The notes under the pieces are model-generated. The model made no database searches, had not been told where the DNA came from, and saw nothing but the letters and a program-made list of their open reading frames with translations. A program made the position numbers and the translations under genes. Shown here in pieces: positions 28,117 through 38,541 of a DNA stretch of 64,000 nt. Position 1 is the stretch's first letter. Every line of letters starts with the position of its first letter. The DNA is from an uncultured Planctomycetaceae bacterium (GTDB lineage: Bacteria; Planctomycetota; Planctomycetia; Planctomycetales; Planctomycetaceae): NCBI GenBank assembly GCA_963976765.1, contig CAXBME010000021.1, positions 62,001-126,000 of the forward strand. The letters are read 5' to 3'.

Positions 28117-30087
28117 TTACCGGATTCGGTGCATCCGCGAAAAGTTCGGATAAAACGGGGCTCGAAAATCCGGATACTCGGTCTTCCGAACGCCGTTCCC
28201 GGTGAATTCCTTGTGATAAGTCACCGCGTATCCCTCGCCGCCATTCATGAAAGGAACGCCGTGCGGCCAGTAGATGTAAAACGCTCGACCCACCAGAGCC
28301 GACCGGGGGACGGCATGCCGATGCTCCGCTCCCCGAGCGTTTGGCCAGACTCGGCTGTCCTGGCTGCGCGGCGAATTATCCCCCAGCATCAGAAACTCGT
28401 CCGGACCGAGTTCAAACGTTGCCTCCTGCGTGTTGTTCGCCCCACGTGCTCTCTTTGCGTACAGCTCGTACCATTCGGCAGGATCGTGCAGCACGCGTCG
28501 GAGCGAGTACGGCTCGGGGTGTTCATCGTCGCCGGACCACGTAAATCGATCTGAATCGTCGTTACCAATCTGGCTGGCCCGGTAGTAAATATCCCGCTCG
28601 ATCAGCAGATTCGAAACCTTCGCTCCAACATTCCGAACGGCAATGCCAACGGGTATCAGGTCATCGTCCTGGGGACTCGGCGTTTGAGATTCGTCCTCGA
28701 CATAACTGGCCGCCTTACCGAAGTCGACCAGACCATTGTCGATCCAAAGGCAGATTCGATTGTCGACGTTTGCGTACCGAACTTCCCAGTCGCCGGTCCC
28801 GACAAGGTCCGTCTTTGCTTCTGAAAGGACATCTTCGCTTTCGCCGGAACCAGAAAACCGATTGACGGAAACAAGCTTTGCGTTGCCGGTCGAGACATCA
28901 ATGCGGCATCGGTAACAATGGACACCTTCGTTCAACTCGACGACGACTTCAGACTGATCGCCAGCTTCAGTGATCTCGACATCGCACGTCAGCGTCAGGT
29001 CAGCCACCCAGTAGGCATCATCCGTCGTGCTTCCGTTACCGCCAGTGTAGGTGTTGTAGCCGCAGAAGTCGGTAATGAGCTGAGCCCTCGGTCCCATCGC
29101 TTCAGCATCGTCGAAAAAGTATTCGCGATTTGACGGCTTCAGGGGACCATCACTGGCCGCATCCCAGTCATCGTTGCTCGGAATAATGTGACGGTATCTC
29201 AACCATTTAAGTGCTCCACTCGCCTGAGACTTCTCGATCGAGAAACTTCCGGACTTCGCGTCTTCCGTCCAGGTCGAGGCCACTTCGGTCCAGCCAGCAA
29301 CAGGTCCAAGTCCCAGTTGATCCTTCGACTTTGCAGCTGAAGCGTCATCAGGCAAACGTTCCACAGCCGCCCAACGTTTCGGCCATCCTTTCTCGTGAAG
29401 CGCGAATGGCTGAAAGTTGTTGTCGAACACCGGAATCTGAATCGCCTTCTGACGCGACGGCGGCTTTCGAAGAATGGTTCGCGTTCGGTCCTCTTCGATC
29501 CGAAAAACGTTACCGCGTTTGATCACGAGCGTTTCGTTCGGCAGCCCAACCAGGCGTTTGATGTAGTTGGTTGTCGGCTTTTCCGGGTACTTGAAAACCG
29601 GCACGTCCCATCGCTGAGGCTCACTGAACTCGTACGGGAACTTGTTGACCAGAATTCGGTCGCCCTTAAACACGGGTGCATTTCGAACGTCGTTCTGGAA
29701 TCGACAGTTCGGACAGATCGCGGTCTCAATTCGCTTGCCCGAATTGAAGTAGCCGGTGTCGTCGTTAATTTCGTCGCTGGCTCCGATCAGAATGTGGTAG
29801 CCGCACTGTTCGCAGTCAGCTTCTTTGTGGCGACCGTACAGCGTCGGTGCCATCGATCCGGTCGGGATAACGAAGGCTTCGGCTTCAAAGCCCCGAAACA
29901 GAAACGCCAGCACAAAGGCAACAACGATCGACTCCATCGTTTCGCGAGTACTGTCCTGCTTGATGGGCTGCTTCCCCTTTTCCTTCGATCCATCTTTCTC
30001 CGCAGGCGACTTTCTGCCAGTCGCTTTTGCGGAATCGCTAGACCTCGGGTCGGACTTCCGGGCGGAGTTATCTTTTGATTTCGCCAT
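28117..30087 (-). CDS. lepB: Signal peptidase I with Zn-ribbon and large insertion
   Basis: Catalytic Ser in IPTGSMAPTL and Lys in NYIKRLVG; GDRILVNK; LGDNSPRSQDSR; CEQC...CPNC. Confidence 0.92.
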   Translation of the reverse strand: MAKSKDNSARKSDPRSSDSAKATGRKSPAEKDGSKEKGKQPIKQDSTRETMESIVVAFVLAFLFRGFEAEAFVIPTGSMAPTLYGRHKEADCEQCGYHILIGASDEINDDTGYFNSGKRIETAICPNCRFQNDVRNAPVFKGDRILVNKFPYEFSEPQRWDVPVFKYPEKPTTNYIKRLVGLPNETLVIKRGNVFRIEEDRTRTILRKPPSRQKAIQIPVFDNNFQPFALHEKGWPKRWAAVERLPDDASAAKSKDQLGLGPVAGWTEVASTWTEDAKSGSFSIEKSQASGALKWLRYRHIIPSNDDWDAASDGPLKPSNREYFFDDAEAMGPRAQLITDFCGYNTYTGGNGSTTDDAYWVADLTLTCDVEITEAGDQSEVVVELNEGVHCYRCRIDVSTGNAKLVSVNRFSGSGESEDVLSEAKTDLVGTGDWEVRYANVDNRICLWIDNGLVDFGKAASYVEDESQTPSPQDDDLIPVGIAVRNVGAKVSNLLIERDIYYRASQIGNDDSDRFTWSGDDEHPEPYSLRRVLHDPAEWYELYAKRARGANNTQEATFELGPDEFLMLGDNSPRSQDSRVWPNARGAEHRHAVPRSALVGRAFYIYWPHGVPFMNGGEGYAVTYHKEFTGNGVRKTEYPDFRAPFYPNFSRMHRIR

Positions 30088-30201
30088 GCTTTTTCTTATC
30101 TGAATCAGCGTGTCTGCGGACTGTTTCTACTCGTGATCGGCAGCGTGTGCCGACGATGCGCTGGTCATACCCTACATCATGCTGACAGGTTTCGCTCGTG
30201 A

Positions 30202-32145
30202 CTATCGGATGCACCTGATCTTTGAGAAGTCGGGAAGCCTGATGTATTTAACTGTGCTGCCGATTTTGATTCGACCGGGCTGAGACGGGAGGTGAACAAC
30301 CAGCGGTCGCCCGACAAGCAATCGCCGCGGCACGACAGGGCTCACCCAACCGCGACTGTCCAGCGAAACCGGACTGTTGTCTCCCAGAAAGAAGAACTCA
30401 TCGCTGCCGAGTTTCAGCGGACGTTCTGTCGCGTGTCGTTGATTGTCCGTCGTGTAATGCACGTCGCGATAAAGTTTCACGGAGCTCACACTCACCGAAC
30501 CACCACGAGCGCCAAAGGCAACGGGGCTGAGACTTTCGTCCGATGAACGACTCTCGCCTGCGTCTTCGAGATCTTGAGAAAGTTCTGTTTCCAGACGATT
30601 CACACCACCGGTCCAGGCAGCCTGCTCAACGCCAGCGTCGCCATTTGAATCTCCGCCATCAAACGGTTGCCGCTCTGAGGCAAACAACGTTTCGTTTGAT
30701 GCGTAACTGGCAACTGTAATCTTTGAAAGGTCGCCTTCCGGACTCTCGGACCATGTTCCATCAGGCACGTCGCGCAGGTCATCGTCCAGCTGCAACGCAG
30801 CCAGCTCGACGCCGTTGACCGCCACAGTCGCCTGCCGATCGAAGGACGACATTTCGAAATCGATGGTTTCACTGAACCATTCGTCCTTAAGTTGAACAGT
30901 CGCGTCCGCAGGTCGGCCTTCAGCCAGGATTCGATCCGCTTCACCCGCCGATGATCCGACAATCCACATCTCCAGCATTCTGGAGGCAGCCTCAACACGG
31001 CAGATGATCTGTTTCTTCCTGCAGCTGAGCCGAGCGATAAACTCGTCTCGCTCACCCCAAGAAGCATCGGTGACTTCTCCCCCGCCGGCTGTGTCAATGC
31101 TTCCGCCACCTGCCGAAGCGTTGCGTCGCGAGAAGTCCAGCTTGACCGCCAGCATCAGATCGTTCACGCGGTACCGTTCGGAAATCCCAACCGGCTGGTT
31201 GTAGCCGTAATCGTCAGAAATGACGCTCGGCTGGAGTTTCTCGATCGCACCTCGGTCATGCTGTGAGAAATACGGCGACAGCCTTGGCCAGTGGAAGTAC
31301 CGAACCCAGGCCAGGCTGCGTTGCTGCCGTGACTGCCCGTTCGAAGGTAATTCAAAGCTTGAACCGACTCGTTCACCACCCCGAACATCCCTGGCATCCT
31401 GAGCGCGATTAAACGCAAAGACCGAATCCCCGCTTGACCATTCCGGATCGCTCAACCAGCGAGGAATCCAGGTGACATCATTGGCCTGAAAATTCTGATC
31501 GAAGACGGGAATGCGAATCGCTCGCTGCTCGGCCATCGACTTTCGCACCAGCCGACCGTCGATATAAACGTCGCCATCGCGGACGTAGACAGTTTCACCA
31601 GGCAACCCGACCACTCGTTTGACGTAAGCCTGATTCGGATTGTTCGGGTTCAGGAAGACGACAACTTCCCAGCGATTCGGATCGTTGAAAAGGTACGCGT
31701 ACTTGCTGACCAGCAACTGGTCCCCATCGTTGCGAGGAACCTTCGACAGGTTGATCGCCCCCAGCCCACAGTTCGGACACGTCGCGAGCTGCGACGACGC
31801 CATCGCTGGTCGATCAAAAGCCACGCCGAAAGCAAACTCGTACTTGCAGTCCGGACAGACCACCTGCTTGTGATAACCCAGTAGTGACGGAGCCATCGAC
31901 CCTGTCGAAATGATGTACCCTTCGAGCAGGAACGCTCGAAAAACGATTACGGCGACAGCGAGACAGGCCAACGCTTCAATCACCTGCCGTAAGACCCCGG
32001 CCTCTTCGGATGGCGATCTGGACAATTCCGCGTTTACGCCGTCTGGTCGCTCCAACACTCCGGACACGACGCTCCGTTCCGCTGTCCGCTCGTGAGCGAA
32101 TTCGGCCGCAGTCGTGTACCAGGCTGGATGTTCGTTAGCGGCCAT
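30202..32145 (-). CDS. lepB: Signal peptidase I paralog with Zn-ribbon and large insertion
   Basis: Motifs ISTGSMAPSL, CPDC...CPNC, AYVKRVVGLPGE, LGDNSPVSLDSR. Confidence 0.9.
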   Translation of the reverse strand: MAANEHPAWYTTAAEFAHERTAERSVVSGVLERPDGVNAELSRSPSEEAGVLRQVIEALACLAVAVIVFRAFLLEGYIISTGSMAPSLLGYHKQVVCPDCKYEFAFGVAFDRPAMASSQLATCPNCGLGAINLSKVPRNDGDQLLVSKYAYLFNDPNRWEVVVFLNPNNPNQAYVKRVVGLPGETVYVRDGDVYIDGRLVRKSMAEQRAIRIPVFDQNFQANDVTWIPRWLSDPEWSSGDSVFAFNRAQDARDVRGGERVGSSFELPSNGQSRQQRSLAWVRYFHWPRLSPYFSQHDRGAIEKLQPSVISDDYGYNQPVGISERYRVNDLMLAVKLDFSRRNASAGGGSIDTAGGGEVTDASWGERDEFIARLSCRKKQIICRVEAASRMLEMWIVGSSAGEADRILAEGRPADATVQLKDEWFSETIDFEMSSFDRQATVAVNGVELAALQLDDDLRDVPDGTWSESPEGDLSKITVASYASNETLFASERQPFDGGDSNGDAGVEQAAWTGGVNRLETELSQDLEDAGESRSSDESLSPVAFGARGGSVSVSSVKLYRDVHYTTDNQRHATERPLKLGSDEFFFLGDNSPVSLDSRGWVSPVVPRRLLVGRPLVVHLPSQPGRIKIGSTVKYIRLPDFSKIRCIR

Positions 32146-32577
32146 TCAGTTTTTCGTACGTGCAAACTTCCGGTCAACAACCTGTCGCAAGACATCGACC
32201 TGTCTGGAAACATATTCAGGCTGTAGCCAACCTGTTCCGGCCTACCGTTGAAAATCAAGCCGGTTCGTCGCGAAGTCTAACCATTGACGCCGACTTTCCG
32301 AAACAGCTGTCTGTATCATACGGACCACTGCCCGTTTCGGTTGGCCAGCGAAGAATCAACGTCCCCCGGTGTGTATCCGGTGCGATCTTGTCTTGACCGG
32401 AACAGCCGAATCAGCAGAATCCGCGAGCTGCTGCAAACTCCGGCGACCACATTCAGGGAAGGATGGCGTCGCTGAGCTGCTCAGCAAATCTCCACAACTC
32501 ATTCCATCCAAAACTCTTTCATCATCTGGCGACCCTGATTGTCGCTCAGAATTCATCGGACAGGGAGGTCCGACGGG

Positions 32578-34170
32578 ATGCCGCTATCGCTGCCCGATCT
32601 GCCCAGCCCTGTCAGTCTGCGACGGCTTTTGCCGGACGCCAGCTTTGTGGGCTGCGGCGACGTGATCGTTAACGATGCCACCGACGACAGCCGGCTGGCG
32701 ACGGAAGACTCCGTATTTGCAGCCATCCGCGGAACGAAATTCGACGGTCGTGACTTTGCTGCTGACGCGGTTGCCAACGGCTGCTCAGCCGTTCTGACAG
32801 ACCGCCCCCTGCCGCATGTCTCGACCCCGCAATGTGTCGTCCCGGATGTCCGAGCCGCGTACGCCCGCATCTGCAACGCTGTCAGCGGAAAGCCGACATC
32901 CAGGCTCAAGATTGCCGGAATCACGGGTACGAACGGAAAAACAACAACCGCCTGGATGCTCCGTTCCATCCTCGACGCTTCCAGTCGACCATGCGGCCTG
33001 CTGGGCACGATCGAGTACTCCGACGGAAACGTCAGATCGCCAGCCAGTTTAACAACGCCGGATCCCCGGAGCGTCTTTCGCTGGTTTCGCCGGATGATCG
33101 AAAATGGCTGTCGGCACGCAGCGATCGAATTGTCCAGCCACGCGCTCGCTCAAAACCGAATCGCCGGCACGCCGCTGGCAGCAGCCATCATCACCAACGT
33201 GACGCAGGACCATTTCGACTATCACTCGAACTTTGAAAACTACCTCGCCGCTAAAGTAAAGATTCTCGACTACGTCGTCCCCGGCGGGATCGTCGCTATC
33301 AATCTCGATGATCCGGGCTGCGTCAAACTGGGAGACGCAGCCAGCAAAGCCGGCCACCGGGTCGTGACTTTTTCCACCACTCAGGCTGCCGATGTGCGGG
33401 CTGAAATTCTTGACGAAACCACCAACGGATCCTTGTTCCGACTTTCGACATCCCGGCTCGCCGCCTGCGTTGAGACAGCCCGCAACGTTGAAACAGCTCA
33501 GGAAGAAACGATTCAAGAAATAGAAGTTTCGATCGCTCTGCCCGGTCGCCATAATGTACTCAACAGTCTGGGTGCAGCCGCAGCCGCTCTTCACATGGGA
33601 ACTTCACTCGCCGACGTTCAGCGTGGACTTGAGCGACTGATCTTCATCCCCGGACGGCTCGAACGAATCAACTGCGGACAACCATTTTCCGTTTTCGTTG
33701 ACTACGCCCACACTGACGATGCGCTGCAACGAGTCATCGACAGCCTGTCAACATTGACCACCGGACGAGTCCTCTGCGTCTTCGGAGCTGGCGGCGATCG
33801 AGATCGTTCAAAGCGACCTCTGCTGGGAAAAGCAGCCGCACATGCCGATTTCGCCATCGTCACCAGCGATAATCCTCGCACCGAAGAACCGCAGGGAATT
33901 ATCGAAGAAGTGGTTGCCGGATTTCCACACGGTTATTCCAACTTTCATATCGAATCCGACCGCCAGCGAGCCATCGAATTTGCATTCGCCGAGGCACAAC
34001 CGGGTGACTGCGTGCTGATCGCAGGCAAAGGGCACGAGTCAGAACAGGTCGTCGGAACTGAGCGTCTGCCATTTGACGATCGTCTCGTCGCCAGGGAAAT
34101 CCTCGAGCACACCACATTCAATCAACGAACCGGCTCCAGCCTGCCACTGCCCACCGCAAACTCAACGTAA
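32578..34170 (+). CDS. murE: UDP-MurNAc-L-Ala-D-Glu:meso-DAP ligase MurE
   Basis: Motifs ITGTNGKTT, LTTPD, ELSSHAL, DHFDYH, VDYAHT, TSDNPR, AGKGHE; RBS GGAGG. Confidence 0.94.
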   Translation: MPLSLPDLPSPVSLRRLLPDASFVGCGDVIVNDATDDSRLATEDSVFAAIRGTKFDGRDFAADAVANGCSAVLTDRPLPHVSTPQCVVPDVRAAYARICNAVSGKPTSRLKIAGITGTNGKTTTAWMLRSILDASSRPCGLLGTIEYSDGNVRSPASLTTPDPRSVFRWFRRMIENGCRHAAIELSSHALAQNRIAGTPLAAAIITNVTQDHFDYHSNFENYLAAKVKILDYVVPGGIVAINLDDPGCVKLGDAASKAGHRVVTFSTTQAADVRAEILDETTNGSLFRLSTSRLAACVETARNVETAQEETIQEIEVSIALPGRHNVLNSLGAAAAALHMGTSLADVQRGLERLIFIPGRLERINCGQPFSVFVDYAHTDDALQRVIDSLSTLTTGRVLCVFGAGGDRDRSKRPLLGKAAAHADFAIVTSDNPRTEEPQGIIEEVVAGFPHGYSNFHIESDRQRAIEFAFAEAQPGDCVLIAGKGHESEQVVGTERLPFDDRLVAREILEHTTFNQRTGSSLPLPTANST

Positions 34171-34212
34171 GGTGGGCACCGCCCACCAGTCACGCTGTCA
34201 CTCGAGACTGCT

Positions 34213-35658
34213 ATGGAATTTTCACTCAACCAGATCGCAACGGCCACCGGTGGAACCATCGTACGAGCTGAAGGTCTAACCGACCGCCCGCTGCGAATCG
34301 TGACTGATTCTCGAGAAGCTGCTCCCGACACCATCTTCTGGGCGCTGCACGGAGCCGCTCACGACGGCCACGAATTCATCAACGCGGCGCTGGCCAACGG
34401 AACGGCAGCCTGCGTGGTCAGCTCCGCCTGGACGGCCCGGGAAGACAACGAATGCCTGAGCACCTGCATCGAAGTTGCTGACACGCTGCAAGCCCTCGCA
34501 GCACTCGCCACCTGGAATCGCCAACGATGGCCGGTTCGAGTCATCGGAATTACGGGCAGCTTCGGCAAGACGACCACTCGTGAAATGGTTCACGCCGTGC
34601 TGTCGCAGAAGTTTGAATCACTCCGCAGCCCGAAAAATTTCAACAATCAGTTCGGAGTCCCGTTGACGCTGCTGCAACTTGGATCTCACCACGACGTCGC
34701 CGTTGTCGAACTCGGCGCTTCCGCCTGTGGAGAAATCCGACGACTCGCACAGATCGCGCAGCCAGACGCGGGCATCATCACCGGCACCGGTTTCGCTCAC
34801 GCCGCACAGTTTGGTGGCCAGAAAGCGGTCATCCGAGCAAAAGGCGAACTTGCCGAAGCGATACCCGGTCGCGGCCTGCTCCTGCTATGTGGTGACGAAG
34901 AAAGCGCCGAGGCACACGCCGCTCGCGCATCCTGCCGTGTTGTCCGAGTGGGAACCAGCAAAGCGAAGGAGTCGGTCAACGATCTGGTCGCCTCTGAAGT
35001 GGTGCAGGCCGGTGACAAACTACAGGTCACAATCGGTGAAACCGTTTTCGAGGTCGCCACATCCGGAAGGCATTTTGCTCGCTCGGTTCTGTTTGCAGTC
35101 GCGGTCGCCAGAGACCTCGGCATGACGGATGACGAAATACAGCTCGGCCTGAATAACTTCCAACCGGTCACTGGCCGCTGCGAAATTCGGCAGTTTTCCA
35201 ACTGTACCGTGATCGACGACTGCTACAACTCCAGTCCGGAAGCCATGCAGGCGGCCATTGCGGTATTGGCCGGGCGCGAAACTTCCGGAAAACGAATTCT
35301 GATTACTGGCGACATGCTCATGCTCGGCGAGCACGGCTCAACATGCCATCGCGATATTGGAGTCACCGTCGCCGCCTCGGGCATCGATCACGTCTTTGCA
35401 CTCGGTCGCTTTGCCAATGACGTTGTGGCCGGAGCTGTCGAAGCCGGATTCGATCCTGAACGCGCAACCGCCCACGTCAAACTTGAAGAGCTGCTCAATC
35501 AACTCAACTCAGTCTTATCAGAAGGTGACGTGATCCTCGTAAAGGGATCACGAGCGACTCACATGGAACGAGTCGTCGACTGGCTGATCGAACAATCGAT
35601 GGTCGCCACAAACGACAATCAACCCGCAGATCGGGAGACGTCGCCAGAATCAATTTGA
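34213..35658 (+). CDS. murF: UDP-MurNAc-tripeptide:D-Ala-D-Ala ligase MurF
   Basis: Motifs TDSR, ITGSFGKTTT, NFNNQFGVPLTL, DDCYNSSP, GDMLMLG, LVKGSR. Confidence 0.93.
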   Translation: MEFSLNQIATATGGTIVRAEGLTDRPLRIVTDSREAAPDTIFWALHGAAHDGHEFINAALANGTAACVVSSAWTAREDNECLSTCIEVADTLQALAALATWNRQRWPVRVIGITGSFGKTTTREMVHAVLSQKFESLRSPKNFNNQFGVPLTLLQLGSHHDVAVVELGASACGEIRRLAQIAQPDAGIITGTGFAHAAQFGGQKAVIRAKGELAEAIPGRGLLLLCGDEESAEAHAARASCRVVRVGTSKAKESVNDLVASEVVQAGDKLQVTIGETVFEVATSGRHFARSVLFAVAVARDLGMTDDEIQLGLNNFQPVTGRCEIRQFSNCTVIDDCYNSSPEAMQAAIAVLAGRETSGKRILITGDMLMLGEHGSTCHRDIGVTVAASGIDHVFALGRFANDVVAGAVEAGFDPERATAHVKLEELLNQLNSVLSEGDVILVKGSRATHMERVVDWLIEQSMVATNDNQPADRETSPESI

Positions 35659-35802
35659 ACTTCGAGATCCGCTGCATGCAGAGGATTTGCGGGAATCACT
35701 ATGCAGCGACCGGCGCTGTCGGAAGTGAGCATTCGGTTTCTGAACTCAGACAATCAACTGGGTCCGATTGTCTTCAGAAATCGCTCTGCAGTGGATCTCA
35801 AC

Positions 35803-35842
35803 CCGGGCGCTGAGGCTCCCCTCAGCGCCCGGTGTTATTTTT
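35803..35842 (+). terminator. Terminator-like hairpin between murF and mraY
   Basis: Perfect 13-bp stem CCGGGCGCTGAGG-CTCC-CCTCAGCGCCCGG followed by TGTTATTTTT. Confidence 0.65.
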
Positions 35843-35938
35843 GAGGGTCCAGTGACAAGGGCTGAGAGACAGGAGTCTCTGCTCTGAAACTGACTCTTTA
35901 CCCCTCGTGTCTCGACTCTTAGCCCCCCAGCCTTCCAT

Positions 35939-37042
35939 ATGCTCATCTGGCTGCTGAACCATTTTGAATCGCTTCGGCGGCAGTTTGAAATCCTCTCGTC
36001 AGGAGACTCGCATGTCGCGCTGACGGCGAGGATCGCTCTGGCCAGTGTGATGTCATTTCTGCTGGCGCTGCTGCTTGGGCCGATCGTCATCAGATGGTTG
36101 AAGAGTCGGTTTCAGGAAAAAATCGTCAGCGCTTCTGAGCGTCTGAACGAACTCCACGCCGAGAAACAATCAACACCAACGATGGGCGGCCTGTTTGTGT
36201 CCGCGTCGATCGTTCTGGCCGCGTTGATTTGCGGAGATCTCAGCAGTCCCTACACGCTGTGCGGCATCGGTGTCGTGACGGCGTTCTGCTCGCTGGGCGC
36301 GTGGGACGACTGGATCAAACTCAGCACTCATCGAAACGGCCTGACGGTGAAGCAGAAGCTCGCGGTACAGCTGCTGCTCGGGCTGTTCTTTGCGACAGCG
36401 ATGTTCTTCACACTGCGGGATCGTCCCGATGGACTCTCAGTCGTCTTCCCTATCGGCGGAGCCTCCTGGTACCTGGGCAGCGGCTTTATCCTGTGGGCAA
36501 TGTTTGTGCTTGTGGGAAGTTCCAACGGCGTCAATCTGACCGACGGGCTCGACGGCCTGGCGAGCGGGTGCATGATCTTTGCCGGTGGAGCCTTCACCGC
36601 ACTCACCTACCTGGCCGGCCACAAAGAAATGGCCGACTATCTGGCGATTCCGTACATCGCCGGCTGCGGCGAACTGAGCGTCGTCATGGGCGCGATGGTC
36701 GGCGCGATGCTGGGGTTTCTCTGGTTCAACTGTTACCCCGCTCAGGTTTTCATGGGCGACGCCGGCTCGTTACCAATGGGAGCATTGCTCGGCCTGGGAG
36801 CACTCGCCTGCCGCCAGGAAATCCTGCTGGTTCTGGTCGGCGGCGTGTTCGTCATCGAAACGCTGAGCGTCATCGCTCAGGTCGGCTGGTTCAGAATGAC
36901 CGGCAACCGCCTCATCGCGTGCAGCCCGCTCCACAACCACTACCTCTTCAAAGGCCACCACGAAATCAAGATCGTGGTCCGCTTCTGGATCGGCTCCGCC
37001 CTCCTGGCCCTCGTCGCCGTCGCCAGTTTGAAGATCCGCTGA
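35939..37042 (+). CDS. mraY: Phospho-N-acetylmuramoyl-pentapeptide transferase MraY
   Basis: Motifs TPTMGG, DD, SNGVNLTDGLDGLA, FLWFNCYPAQVFMGDAGS, PLHNH. Confidence 0.95.
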   Translation: MLIWLLNHFESLRRQFEILSSGDSHVALTARIALASVMSFLLALLLGPIVIRWLKSRFQEKIVSASERLNELHAEKQSTPTMGGLFVSASIVLAALICGDLSSPYTLCGIGVVTAFCSLGAWDDWIKLSTHRNGLTVKQKLAVQLLLGLFFATAMFFTLRDRPDGLSVVFPIGGASWYLGSGFILWAMFVLVGSSNGVNLTDGLDGLASGCMIFAGGAFTALTYLAGHKEMADYLAIPYIAGCGELSVVMGAMVGAMLGFLWFNCYPAQVFMGDAGSLPMGALLGLGALACRQEILLVLVGGVFVIETLSVIAQVGWFRMTGNRLIACSPLHNHYLFKGHHEIKIVVRFWIGSALLALVAVASLKIR

Positions 37043-37083
37043 CTGAACGAGCCATCTTCAACGAACTCGGAAAACAGAAAACG

Positions 37084-37116
37084 AAAAAGGCCACAGCATG
37101 ATGCAGTGGCCTTTTT
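37084..37116. terminator. Bidirectional intrinsic terminator
   Basis: AAAAAGGCCAC...GTGGCCTTTTT between convergent genes. Confidence 0.85.
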
Positions 37117-37192
37117 GCGGTAGTTCAAGCAGAGCCTGATGCTCGCCTGACCTGCGATTTTCTTTGATTGCCTGCGGACAGGACGCCAGCGG

Positions 37193-37900
37193 TTACCAGA
37201 CGGGCCCCGGAATGGTCACGTTGAAACTTGGCTGACCGGCCCAGTACCACGGGCGGCGGTAGCTGTAGTACGGGTAGCGGACATGACCCATTTCTCCGCG
37301 AGCGTTGAACATCGGGCCGGAGACGCCAGAGTAGGCTCCGTACGACGGGTCGAGTGCCACCGGTTGGACCGGAACAACAGGCACTACCGGAGTCGACGCC
37401 ACGGGCACCATAGGAACGGACGGCGCCTGGTACGGCGGCTGGTAGTAGTAATAGTAGTAGCTCGGTGTGTAGACCTGAGTGTTCTGCGGAATTGCCTGAA
37501 CCGGCGCACTGACAATATTCGTCACCGGGTAAGCCGGCGGAGCAACAGGCTGATGCATCGCTGTCGATGCGTAGGTCGGCATCGGAGAAATCGCCGTAAT
37601 GTTGCCAGCCGTCGGAGGAACCGGTCGCGGCTGCGTGACGATCGTTGGCGAGCCGGCGGTACCAGGGATCACCGAGTCAGGAGCTGCCGGAGCGTACTGA
37701 ACCATGAAGGTCTTCGTGCCGGGAGCCACCACCGGACCAACTGCCTGCCCATCTGGCGGAGTCACCACGATCTGCTGAGTCGGCACCGTGTAGGGCGCGG
37801 CGACCGGTGCGGGCAATGCGGTCGGGTACTGAGCTGATGCCTGGACAGACCAGCCTGCGGCCGCAGTCAAAGCAGCCATCGTTAAAAAGTTGCGGTACAT
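37193..37900 (-). CDS. Secreted Pro/Tyr/Val-rich low-complexity protein
   Basis: Signal peptide ending ASA|Q; Pro-rich body with YYYYYY; aromatic C-terminal motif VRYPYYSYRRPWY. Confidence 0.75.
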   Translation of the reverse strand: MYRNFLTMAALTAAAGWSVQASAQYPTALPAPVAAPYTVPTQQIVVTPPDGQAVGPVVAPGTKTFMVQYAPAAPDSVIPGTAGSPTIVTQPRPVPPTAGNITAISPMPTYASTAMHQPVAPPAYPVTNIVSAPVQAIPQNTQVYTPSYYYYYYQPPYQAPSVPMVPVASTPVVPVVPVQPVALDPSYGAYSGVSGPMFNARGEMGHVRYPYYSYRRPWYWAGQPSFNVTIPGPVW

Positions 37901-38541
37901 CAAGAGTCCCCTCAGTTTGAGTCGCCGTGTGTCGACTTCGAAAATGTAAGCCGGCCATGAATAACCGACAGGAGGCGGGCCATGTCAAAACTACGAAGCC
38001 ACTTCCGACACGGAATCTGTGCCGGAATCTCCGCTGCTGAGCACTCGTGGCCGCTCCGTCACAGGCCATCTGATCGAGGGGAGATCAGCCTGTTTCACCG
38101 CTGAGTCGAGCAACCGACACAAGCCAGGCAAAACAGGAGAAGTACGCAGGCATGGTCGAGTATATCCGGGCGTCACTCTGGCATAAGCGGTCCTCGTGCG
38201 TTCCCGGAAGTTTGCAGGATTTGGCCCGGAGACTTTGACGAAGATACTGATTGATTCTGCAGAGTCGGTTCTGTCGGTTCGCGCGACATGGATGTTTCGC
38301 GAAACAACCAGAGCCTGTGCAGCTCGCCAGACGCCTCGAAATTGGAATCTCGCCCGAATTTCAGGCGGCTGAATACGGAATTCTGCATCATCCGTTCTTT
38401 CCTGACAGACCAGCCTCGGCGAGGCTCGAACTCGCTGCGGAAGTTCAATGGAAGAGCGATCGATTATTGCTTCGAGTTTTGCGAACGCGGAACAGGCACC
38501 TCAATATGAGGACGCCTGAAGACTCCACGGAGGGGGTTCTC

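Noticed and set aside
38251..38541. Upstream extension of the Gln-rich ORF
   Set aside because: A strong RBS and a signal peptide begin at ATG 38542; the extension looks like translated intergenic DNA.
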